Assembly: GCA_947630435.1 (NCBI GenBank)
Contig: CANRHO010000002.1
Span: forward strand, 1 to 35,933
DNA: 35,933 nt
Source: an uncultured Bacilli bacterium
GTDB lineage: Bacteria > Bacillota_I > Bacilli_A > RF39 > UBA660
Reading direction: 5' to 3'
Part shown: positions 8,473-16,262 of the stretch, piece after piece
How the letters are laid out: each line of letters opens with the position of its first letter
How positions within the stretch are numbered: the stretch's first letter is position 1
Notes under the pieces: generated by a model
The model's database searches: none
Told to the model about the DNA's origin: nothing
What the model saw: the letters and a program-made list of their open reading frames with translations, nothing else
Position numbers and translations under genes: made by a program

Positions 8473-10992
8473 ATGGAAAATAAAGAAGAAAACAAAACAG
8501 AAGAACAAAAAGATAAATTTAGTGGAGTTTTTCACGAAAGAGATTCTCATGCAGAAAATGATATAGTAAAAGAAATTTCTGATTCTTTCCTTGATTATTC
8601 AATGAGTGTTATTACATCACGTGCAATACCAGATTTAAGAGACGGATTAAAACCAGTTCATAGAAGAATATTATGGTCAATGTTTGAGGAAGGAAACACA
8701 CCAGATAAGCCTCATAAAAAAAGTGCAACAACAGTTGGTTATGTAATGGGACATTATCATCCTCATGGAGATTCATCAATATATGATGCAATGGTAAGAT
8801 TAGCACAGGATTTTAATCAAAGATACATGATGGTTGATGGTCATGGTAACTTTGGTAACATAGAAGGTGATGGAGCAGCAGCATATCGTTATACAGAAGC
8901 AAGATTATCTAAAATATCTTTAGAAATGTTAAGAGATATAAGAAAAGATACTGTTGATATGATGCCAAACTTTGATGAGACCAGTCCTGAACCAGTTGTA
9001 TTACCATCAAGAATACCTAATGTTTTAATTAATGGTTCAATGGGAATTGCAGTAGGTATGGCTACAAATATTCCGCCACATAATTTAGGAGAAGTAATTG
9101 ATGGTTGTATTGCTTACATAGATAATCCTGACATTGATGTTAATGGTTTAATGAATTATATAAAAGGTCCTGATTTTCCAACGGGAGGAATAATTTTAGG
9201 TAATTCTGGTATAAAAAAGGCCTATGAAACAGGAAGAGGAAGTATAACAATAAGAAGTAGGGCTTTTATTGAAGAAAATGGTAATCATAGTCAAATAGTA
9301 ATAACAGAGGTTCCATATGGAACAAATACATTAGAATTAAAAAACAAAGTTGCAGAATTGGTCCACAATAAGATAATAGAAGGAATTTCAGACTATCATA
9401 CGGATTTAAAAAATGGTGTTAAAATAACTATAACTCTTAAAAAAGATGCAAATCCACAAGTTGTTTTAAATAATTTATATAAACATACTAATTTTCAAGT
9501 TAATTATGGAATAATATTTTTAGTAATTGATAATGGAACACCAAAAACTCTTGGATTAAAAGAAATTATTTCAAAATATATTGATCATCAAAAAGAGGTT
9601 ATCATACGAAGAACAAAGTATGAATTAAATGAAAACGAAAAAAGAGTTCATATATTAGAAGGATTAAAAATAGCTTTAGATAACATTGATGAAGTTGTAA
9701 AAATAATAAGAGGAGCTTTAGATGATCAAGATGCAAAAGAAAAATTAATGAATAAATTTAGTCTTTCAGAAACTCAAAGTAATAGTATTCTTGAAATGCG
9801 TTTAAGAAGGTTAACTGGCTTAGAAAGAGATAAAATAGAAAATGAATTAAGTAGTTTATTAAAGGAAATAGAGAAACTAAAAGCGATTTTAGCATCAAAT
9901 CAAAAAGTTTTAGATATAATTAAAGAAGAGATGTTAGAAATAAAGAAAAAATATGCTGACGAAAGAAGAACATCCATCGATATGACAGCGGTAGATTATA
10001 TAGAAGATGAGTCTTTAATTCCAGAAGAGGACATAGTTATAGCACTTACTCATAATGGATATATTAAGAGAATGACAACAGATACTTATAGATTACAAAA
10101 TAAAGGCGGAGTAGGAATTAAAGGTATGTCAACTAATGATGAAGATTTCGTTGAAATATTAAAATCAGGTACAACTCATAATTACGTAATGTTCTTTACT
10201 AATAAAGGAAAAGTATACAGAATAAAAGGGTATGAAGTGCCAGAATTTTCAAGGCAATCAAAGGGATTACCTATAATTAATTTATTACCAATTGAAAAAG
10301 ATGAAAAAGTAAATAGTATTTTACTAGATAATGGTGATGAAAATAACAAATATTTAGTTACCGCAACAAAAAACGGAATAATTAAACGAACAAATGTTTG
10401 TGAATTTGAAAATATAAGAAAAAATGGTAAAATTGCTATTACTCTAAAAGAAAATGATGAAGTATTATCCGTTCATTTTACAACTGGTAACGATGAAATT
10501 GTAATTGCATCTAATAATGGTAGAATGATAAGATTTAACGAAAATGAAGTTAGGGTAATGGGAAGAACTGCTACTGGTGTAAAAGGAATAGAGCTATCCA
10601 ACGGTTGTTTCTGTGTTGGTGCTGAAGTAGCTAAAGAAAATCAAGATGTGTTAGTAGTAACTGAAAAGGGTTACGGTAAACGTACTAGTATAAATGAATA
10701 CAGATTAACGCATAGAGGTAGTAAAGGAGTTAAAACTTTAAATATCACTAGTAAAAATGGAGTAATTGTATCATTTAAGACTGTAACTACTGATAAAGAT
10801 TTGATGATTATAACTGATCAAGGGGTTGTAATAAGAATATCATTAGATAAAATTTCAAAAATGAGTAGGGTAACTCAAGGTGTAAGATTGATGAATTTAA
10901 GAGAAGGACAAAAAGTATCAACTGCATCAGTCGTTGAAAAGGAAAATGATTTATATAATAATGAAGAAATTAATATTGAAAAAGGAGATTAA
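8473..10992 (+). CDS. gyrA: DNA gyrase subunit A
   Basis: Contains DGLKPVHRRIL, the QRDR-like HPHGDSSIYD, the active-site AAAYRYTEARL and C-terminal beta-pinwheel repeats. There is a ~30-aa acidic/lysine-rich N-terminal extension. Confidence 0.98.
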   Translation: MENKEENKTEEQKDKFSGVFHERDSHAENDIVKEISDSFLDYSMSVITSRAIPDLRDGLKPVHRRILWSMFEEGNTPDKPHKKSATTVGYVMGHYHPHGDSSIYDAMVRLAQDFNQRYMMVDGHGNFGNIEGDGAAAYRYTEARLSKISLEMLRDIRKDTVDMMPNFDETSPEPVVLPSRIPNVLINGSMGIAVGMATNIPPHNLGEVIDGCIAYIDNPDIDVNGLMNYIKGPDFPTGGIILGNSGIKKAYETGRGSITIRSRAFIEENGNHSQIVITEVPYGTNTLELKNKVAELVHNKIIEGISDYHTDLKNGVKITITLKKDANPQVVLNNLYKHTNFQVNYGIIFLVIDNGTPKTLGLKEIISKYIDHQKEVIIRRTKYELNENEKRVHILEGLKIALDNIDEVVKIIRGALDDQDAKEKLMNKFSLSETQSNSILEMRLRRLTGLERDKIENELSSLLKEIEKLKAILASNQKVLDIIKEEMLEIKKKYADERRTSIDMTAVDYIEDESLIPEEDIVIALTHNGYIKRMTTDTYRLQNKGGVGIKGMSTNDEDFVEILKSGTTHNYVMFFTNKGKVYRIKGYEVPEFSRQSKGLPIINLLPIEKDEKVNSILLDNGDENNKYLVTATKNGIIKRTNVCEFENIRKNGKIAITLKENDEVLSVHFTTGNDEIVIASNNGRMIRFNENEVRVMGRTATGVKGIELSNGCFCVGAEVAKENQDVLVVTEKGYGKRTSINEYRLTHRGSKGVKTLNITSKNGVIVSFKTVTTDKDLMIITDQGVVIRISLDKISKMSRVTQGVRLMNLREGQKVSTASVVEKENDLYNNEEINIEKGD

Positions 10993-11030
10993 TAAATAAT
11001 CTCTTTTATATTGATAAAAATATAATTCTA

Positions 11031-11046
11031 TGTTTCACGTGAAACA
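11031..11046. other. parS site 1 (perfect TGTTTCACGTGAAACA)
   Basis: Exact 16-bp palindrome matching the Spo0J/ParB centromere-like consensus tGTTNCACGTGAAACa. Confidence 0.85.
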
Positions 11047-11058
11047 TAGTTATAATAC

Positions 11059-11087
11059 TTGATTATTTTTAATATTTATAATAAAAT
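11059..11087 (+). promoter_or_regulatory. Sigma-A-type promoter of the SRP RNA gene
   Basis: TTGATT (11059-11064), a 17-nt spacer, then TAAAAT (11082-11087). The predicted RNA 5' end lies about 7 nt downstream. Confidence 0.5.
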
Positions 11088-11093
11088 AATTTT

Positions 11094-11166
11094 GCACAAC
11101 GGAAATGTTAGAACCAGGTCAGGACCGAGAGGTAGCAGCCTTAATAACCTCTTTTCGTGTGTGCTT
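11094..11166 (+). ncRNA. ffs: Signal recognition particle RNA, small (4.5S-like) form
   Basis: Contains AACCAGGUCAGGACC-GAGA-GGUAGCAGCC, which matches the E. coli 4.5S domain IV core (ACCAGGUCAGGUCC-GGAA-GGAAGCAGCC) with a GNRA tetraloop. The 5' GCACAACGGAAA pairs with the 3' UUUUCGUGUGUGC, followed by a T-run. Ends are approximate. Confidence 0.75.
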
Positions 11167-11181
11167 TTATTTTGTAATTGG

Positions 11182-11197
11182 TGTTTCACGTGAAACA
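11182..11197. other. parS site 2 (perfect TGTTTCACGTGAAACA)
   Basis: Exact 16-bp palindrome just downstream of the SRP RNA. Confidence 0.85.
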
Positions 11198-11231
11198 TCA
11201 TATAAATATATAATTTAAAGAAAGTATCTAA

Positions 11232-11247
11232 TGTTTCACGTGAAACA
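11232..11247. other. parS site 3 (perfect TGTTTCACGTGAAACA)
   Basis: Exact 16-bp palindrome ending 17 nt upstream of the tadA start codon. Confidence 0.85.
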
Positions 11248-11264
11248 TAGTTATTGGTATTAAT

Positions 11265-11678
11265 ATGAATAATAAAATTATGAAATTAGCGATAAATGAA
11301 GCAAAAAAAGCGTATAAAAAAGGAGAAGTACCAGTTGGAGCGGTAATAGCAAAAAATAATAAAGTAGTAGCATTAGCACATAATGAAGTAGAAAAAAAGA
11401 AAAATTGTACTTTACATGCTGAAATAATAGCAATCACTAAAGCTTCAAAAAAAGTTAAAAATTGGCGATTAAACGATTGTGAAATGTACGTAACATTAGA
11501 ACCGTGTGCTATGTGTGCAGCGGCAATTGAATTAAGTAGAATAAGTAAAATATATTTTTTAATAAAAAAAGATAAAAATATAAAAATTAATGACAAAAAA
11601 TATATTTATGTAGAAGATAATGATTTTAATAAAAAAATATTAAATTTAATACAAACTTTTTTTAAAAGCAAAAGATGA
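11265..11678 (+). CDS. tadA: tRNA-specific adenosine deaminase
   Basis: CDA-fold zinc motifs HAE (LHAEIIAI) and PCAMCAAA. The size (137 aa) and position next to ffs and dnaX match Bacillus. Confidence 0.9.
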   Translation: MNNKIMKLAINEAKKAYKKGEVPVGAVIAKNNKVVALAHNEVEKKKNCTLHAEIIAITKASKKVKNWRLNDCEMYVTLEPCAMCAAAIELSRISKIYFLIKKDKNIKINDKKYIYVEDNDFNKKILNLIQTFFKSKR

Positions 11679-11692
11679 TATTATATACTTAA

Positions 11693-11708
11693 TGTTTCAC
11701 GTGAAACA
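11693..11708. other. parS site 4 (perfect TGTTTCACGTGAAACA)
   Basis: Exact 16-bp palindrome in the tadA-dnaX spacer. Confidence 0.85.
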
Positions 11709-11769
11709 TTGTTTTTAGTTTAAAAATATTATTTTAAATGCTATAATAAAATAAGAAAGGATGAACTTT

Positions 11770-13410
11770 ATGGCATATCAAACATTATATAGAAAATATA
11801 GACCTAAATCCTTTGACTTAGTTTATGGACAAGATGTTATTATAAAAACTTTGAAAAACGTAATAAAAAGTAATAAACTTAGTCATGCCTACTTATTTAC
11901 TGGGCCAAGGGGTACTGGAAAAACAAGTAGCGCTAAACTTTTTGCAAAAGCTATAAATTGTTTAAATAATATTGATGGCGATGCTTGTAATGAATGTGTT
12001 AATTGCAAATCTTTTAATGAAAATAGTAATCCCGACATAATTGAGATAGATGCAGCTTCAAATAATGGTGTTGATGAAATAAGAGAAATAAAGAATAAAG
12101 CTAATTTAGTTCCATCAATGTCAAAATATAAGGTATATATTATTGATGAGGTTCATATGCTTTCTATAGGTGCTTTTAATGCATTATTAAAAACGTTAGA
12201 AGAACCACCGGCGTATGTAATATTTATTTTAGCTACTACCGAACCACAAAAATTACCGACGACAATTATATCAAGATGTCAGAAATTTGATTTTAAAAGC
12301 ATATCTCATGATAAAATGAAAGAGTGTCTAAACAATATAATTGAAGCAGAAAATATTGATATAGATCAAAATGCATTAGAAGAAATAATTAATAATTCTA
12401 CTGGTGGAATGAGGGACGCAATAGGTTTATTAGATCAATCATCTTCTTTTTGCAATAATAAAATAACACTTAAAGATATAGAGGAATTATCAGGAAATAT
12501 ATCAGCATCTGAAATTAAAAATTTATTTAAAATCATAATAGATAAAAATTATAAAGAATTATCTGATAAAATATCAAAATTTTCATCAATGGGTAAAGAT
12601 TTTTCACTCATTTGTGAAAAAATAATAAGTTATGTTAAATTAGGCATTTTGTATAAAAAGAAAATAAAGTTTAATGATACTTATGATTTGAATACAAGTT
12701 TATTTAATATAATAGATGATAACGAATTATATTTAATAATAGATTTTTTAAGTGAAACTTTGATAAAAATAAGAAATAATTATCAAAAAGAACTTACTTT
12801 TGAAGTTCAACTTATACAATTAATGGATAAAATATCAGAATTTTTACCATCAAAAAGTAATGTTTCACGTGAAACATCATATAAATGTGAAATACAAAAA
12901 AAAGATGTTAATTTTGAAACATCAAATGATAATAATGAAAATTTAGAACAAATCATAATAAAATTGAAAGATATAAGAATAAATAATATATTAAAAGAGG
13001 CAACAAAAAAAGAAATTGAAATTATTAGTGATTTATGGAAAAACATAAATGATTATTTAATAGATGATAAATATAAAAAAACAGCAGGAATTCTTTCTAA
13101 CTCTAAACCTGTGGCAGCTTCAAAAGCTGGAATTATAATATCGTTACCCTTAGAATCAACCGTAAAAAGAATAGAAAAAGAATATGATAATAGTAAAGAA
13201 TTATTGAAAAAAATATGTAATAAAAACTATAAAATAGTATATATATCCGATGAACATTGGAAAAAAATAAGACCTGATTATATTAAAAAAATAAAAAATG
13301 GGAATATAAAATTTATCGATGAAAGCGATATCTTGATAAAAATTAAAAATATTAATAATAAAAATTCTGTTAATGAATTTAATGAATTGATAGAAATGGA
13401 GGAAATATAA
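11770..13410 (+). CDS. dnaX: DNA polymerase III subunit tau (DnaX)
   Basis: MAYQTLYRKYRP..., Walker A GPRGTGKTS, a zinc module CNECVNC, Walker B IIDEVHMLS and the SRC motif (IISRCQKF). I prefer the start at 11770 because of its spacing from AGAAAGGA. The ATG at 11761 is in frame and is an alternative. Confidence 0.93.
   Translation: MAYQTLYRKYRPKSFDLVYGQDVIIKTLKNVIKSNKLSHAYLFTGPRGTGKTSSAKLFAKAINCLNNIDGDACNECVNCKSFNENSNPDIIEIDAASNNGVDEIREIKNKANLVPSMSKYKVYIIDEVHMLSIGAFNALLKTLEEPPAYVIFILATTEPQKLPTTIISRCQKFDFKSISHDKMKECLNNIIEAENIDIDQNALEEIINNSTGGMRDAIGLLDQSSSFCNNKITLKDIEELSGNISASEIKNLFKIIIDKNYKELSDKISKFSSMGKDFSLICEKIISYVKLGILYKKKIKFNDTYDLNTSLFNIIDDNELYLIIDFLSETLIKIRNNYQKELTFEVQLIQLMDKISEFLPSKSNVSRETSYKCEIQKKDVNFETSNDNNENLEQIIIKLKDIRINNILKEATKKEIEIISDLWKNINDYLIDDKYKKTAGILSNSKPVAASKAGIIISLPLESTVKRIEKEYDNSKELLKKICNKNYKIVYISDEHWKKIRPDYIKKIKNGNIKFIDESDILIKIKNINNKNSVNEFNELIEMEEI
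12861..12876. other. parS site 5 (perfect TGTTTCACGTGAAACA) inside the dnaX coding sequence
   Basis: Exact 16-bp palindrome, read in the dnaX frame as part of N-V-S-R-E-T. Confidence 0.8.
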
Positions 13411-13411
13411 T

Positions 13412-13708
13412 ATGAATTTACAAGCTTTAATGAAACAAGCTCAATCTATGCAAAAAAACTTAATGGATGCGAAAACAAAAATAGAAAATATGACTTTTAC
13501 CGGAGAATCGGAATTAGTAGAAATAAAATTAAATGGTAAAAGAGAAGTTCTTTCTGTTAAAATAAAGGAGACAAATTTAGATAAAGAAGATATTGAAATT
13601 TTAGAAGACATGATAATGATAGCTTTTAATGATGGTATAAATAAAATAAATAAAGAAATTAGTGATAAACTTGGAAGTCAAACAGGAGCATTAGGAAGCC
13701 TTTTATAA
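13412..13708 (+). CDS. ybaB: Nucleoid-associated protein YbaB/EbfC family
   Basis: 98-aa protein starting MNLQALMKQAQSMQKNL..., in the conserved dnaX-ybaB-recR order. Confidence 0.85.
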   Translation: MNLQALMKQAQSMQKNLMDAKTKIENMTFTGESELVEIKLNGKREVLSVKIKETNLDKEDIEILEDMIMIAFNDGINKINKEISDKLGSQTGALGSLL

Positions 13709-13723
13709 TAGGAGTGTAAAAAA

Positions 13724-14323
13724 ATGAATTATCCACAAAATTTTCAGGAATTAATAGATTGCTTTAAATTGTTGCCTGGAGTAGGAGCAAAAACAGCAGA
13801 AAGATACGCTTTTGCAATTCTTAATTTAGATGAGGATAAAATAAAAGCTTTTTCAGAATCAATATTAAATACGAAAAGTAAAATAACCACTTGTCCCATA
13901 TGTGGTTGTTTATCAGATACAAACAAATGTATGATATGCAACGATGAAAGTAGAAACAGTGATATATTATGTGTTGTTGAAAATAAAAAAAACGTATTTA
14001 TTTTTGAAAAGCTAGGTGTTTTTAGAACAAAATATCATGTTTTAGGCGGATTAATATCACCTATGGATGGTATTAATCCAGATGATTTATCAATTAACAA
14101 GTTAATTGAGAGAATAAGAAAAGAGAAAATAAAAGAAATTATTTTAGCTTTAAGGCCGGGTGTTGAAGGGAACACTACATCTTTATACATAACAAAGTTA
14201 CTTGAAAATGAAGATGTAAAAGTAACTCAAATTGCTCAAGGAGTTCCAATTGGGGCTGATATGGAGTTTTTAGATAATTTAACATTAGAACTTGCCTTGG
14301 AAAATAGAAGCGAAGTATCATAA
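13724..14323 (+). CDS. recR: Recombination protein RecR
   Basis: N-terminal helix-hairpin-helix (LPGVGAKTAERYAF), a C4 zinc finger (CPICG...CMIC), a Toprim domain and a C-terminal GVPIGADMEF. Confidence 0.95.
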   Translation: MNYPQNFQELIDCFKLLPGVGAKTAERYAFAILNLDEDKIKAFSESILNTKSKITTCPICGCLSDTNKCMICNDESRNSDILCVVENKKNVFIFEKLGVFRTKYHVLGGLISPMDGINPDDLSINKLIERIRKEKIKEIILALRPGVEGNTTSLYITKLLENEDVKVTQIAQGVPIGADMEFLDNLTLELALENRSEVS

Positions 14324-14362
14324 ATTTCTAAATATAACATATTTTCTATTAGAGGTGAAAAT

Positions 14363-14551
14363 ATGTTTAAATTTATTTTAAAAATTGTTAAAAAAGCTAT
14401 TATAGGAATGATTTTACTTTTTGGGTATAATACGTTTTTGTCATCGTTAAATCTTATGATACCAATAAATATCATAACTATAATTATAGCAAGTTTATTT
14501 GATGTGCCTGGAATTATTGGTTTAGCAATATTTTTACTTGTTAATTATTAA
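14363..14551 (+). CDS. BofA-like small membrane protein (pro-sigma-K processing inhibitor family)
   Basis: 62-aa, two-TM protein. The segment IPINIITIIIASLFDVPGIIGLAIFLL resembles the B. subtilis BofA block HIPINLITAAISGFLGIPGIAAL. The position after recR matches Bacillus. Confidence 0.55.
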   Translation: MFKFILKIVKKAIIGMILLFGYNTFLSSLNLMIPINIITIIIASLFDVPGIIGLAIFLLVNY

Positions 14552-14566
14552 ATGAGGTGGTATTAC

Positions 14567-15487
14567 GTGGAAGAAATTATAATAAAAAATCAACCTATAT
14601 TAAGTAAAGTATTAAATAAAATAAACAATACTAAATATAGTAGTCAAGCGTACATATTATATGGTAATTCTAAGGAAAAATTAAAAGAGTATGCCTTGCT
14701 ATTTAGTAAAATATTAGTTTGTCCTCATAATTATCAAAAAAATTGCGAAAAATGTAATATTTGTATGAGGATTGACAATAACAATTTTGAAGAATTAAAA
14801 ATTATAGAACCTATAAATTATATGATAAAAAAAGATGAAATATTGAAGTTAAGAAACTTATTTTCTACTCAAAGCATTGAAGGTAGAAATCAAGTTTATA
14901 TTATAACCGATGTTGAAACACTTAATATTTCAGCTGCAAATTCTATTTTAAAATTTTTAGAAGAGCCAGATAGTAATTCAGTTGCGATATTTACTACAAC
15001 TAATTTAGATGGTGTTATAAAAACTATTTTATCTAGATGCCAAACCATAAAAATTAATAATTTAAAAAATAAATATGGAATTGAATTTATCAAAGAGTTA
15101 ACTTTTTTTGATGAAGATACAATATATAAAATAATAGATTTTACAAAATTAATCGAAAAAGATATTACAAAAGCAATAGCTGACATAAAACATGAATTTA
15201 TAGATTTATTTGATGATAAACAAAAATTAATTTCAGCAATCAACGTTATGCTTTTGTATTATAAAGATATGCTTAATTATAAAATTAGTCAAAAGTGTGT
15301 TTATTTTGAGTCAAATGATGTTAAAACGTTAGCAAATAAGCAAAAAACAAATATAATTTCAAAAAAAATATCATTTATTTTAGAAAATATATCAAAATTA
15401 GAGTACAATGTTAATGTGTTATTATTTATGGAAAATTTAATTATTGGAATAGGGGAAATAAAAGATGATAAAAGTAATAGGAGTTAG
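14567..15487 (+). CDS. holB: DNA polymerase III delta-prime subunit
   Basis: AAA+-like clamp-loader fold without an intact Walker A motif (AYILYGNSKE). Has a Cys cluster (CPHNYQKNCEKCNIC) and an SRC motif (ILSRCQTI). I prefer the GTG at 14567, 6 nt after GAGGTGG. The track ORF begins at the ATG at 14552. Confidence 0.8.
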   Translation: MEEIIIKNQPILSKVLNKINNTKYSSQAYILYGNSKEKLKEYALLFSKILVCPHNYQKNCEKCNICMRIDNNNFEELKIIEPINYMIKKDEILKLRNLFSTQSIEGRNQVYIITDVETLNISAANSILKFLEEPDSNSVAIFTTTNLDGVIKTILSRCQTIKINNLKNKYGIEFIKELTFFDEDTIYKIIDFTKLIEKDITKAIADIKHEFIDLFDDKQKLISAINVMLLYYKDMLNYKISQKCVYFESNDVKTLANKQKTNIISKKISFILENISKLEYNVNVLLFMENLIIGIGEIKDDKSNRS

Positions 15488-16262
15488 TTTTTTAAATGCG
15501 AACAGAATATATTATTTTTCACCCGGCAAAGAAAATGTCAAAAACGGGGATTATGTTATAGTAGAAACTGAACGTGGATTACAATTTGGACAAGCTGTCA
15601 CTAACGTTTTAGATATGTCTAAAGAAAAAGTTTTTTTGCCTCTTAAAGATGTTATTAGGAAGGCAAATGAGAATGATATGAAAATAAATCAAAAAAATAT
15701 AAAAGATGCCCAAAAAGCATTAGAATATGCAAAAACATTAGTGATCAACGAAAATTTAGATATGAAGTTATTTGATGCGTCTTATACTTTCGATAGAAAA
15801 AAATTGATTTTTAAATTTATAGCGGATGAAAGGGTTGATTTTAGAGAATTAGCTAAACTTTTAGCGGCTAAATACAAAACAAGAATAGAACTAAGACAAA
15901 TCGGGGTTAGAGATAAAGCAAAAGAAATAGGAGGATTAGGTCCATGTGGAAGACCTTTGTGTTGCACTGAGTTTTTAACAAATTTTAACAGTGTATCAAT
16001 AAACATGGCAAAAAACCAAGGTATTGCATTAAATCCTACTAAAATAAATGGTGCTTGTGGACGTTTATTATGTTGTTTAGGATATGAAGATGAAGTTTAT
16101 ACTGAGTATAAAAAAAATTTTCCTAAAATAGGAGAATATGTTGATTTAGGTGATAAAAAAGGTAGAGTAAGTGAGTTAAATGTATTAAATGGTAATTATA
16201 AAATAAAAATATCTGATAACGAAGAAATATTAGTAAAGGTATCAAAAGATGGAAGTAATTAA
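15465..16262 (+). CDS. ricT: PSP1-domain protein RicT (YaaT)
   Basis: PSP1 C-terminal domain with the Cys motifs GPCGRPLCC and GACGRLLCCLGYE. Sits after holB as in Bacillus. Confidence 0.85.
   Translation: MIKVIGVSFLNANRIYYFSPGKENVKNGDYVIVETERGLQFGQAVTNVLDMSKEKVFLPLKDVIRKANENDMKINQKNIKDAQKALEYAKTLVINENLDMKLFDASYTFDRKKLIFKFIADERVDFRELAKLLAAKYKTRIELRQIGVRDKAKEIGGLGPCGRPLCCTEFLTNFNSVSINMAKNQGIALNPTKINGACGRLLCCLGYEDEVYTEYKKNFPKIGEYVDLGDKKGRVSELNVLNGNYKIKISDNEEILVKVSKDGSN

Noticed and set aside
11228-11596. 122-aa minus-strand ORF ending in MFHVKH, antisense to tadA.
   Set aside because: It lies entirely antisense to a well-supported tadA. The terminal MFHVKH is simply the parS palindrome read as codons. 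Its hydrophobic, low-complexity composition is typical of antisense frames in AT-rich DNA.
11031-12876. The repeated palindrome TGTTTCACGTGAAACA, considered as transposon or MITE inverted repeats, intrinsic terminators, or a Rex/CRP-FNR-type operator.
   Set aside because: It has no loop, no U-run and no associated transposase, and one copy lies inside an intact essential gene. The half-site does not fit Rex (TTGTGAA-N6-TTCACAA) or CRP/FNR boxes. It is an exact match to the ParB/Spo0J parS consensus, which is also expected near oriC.
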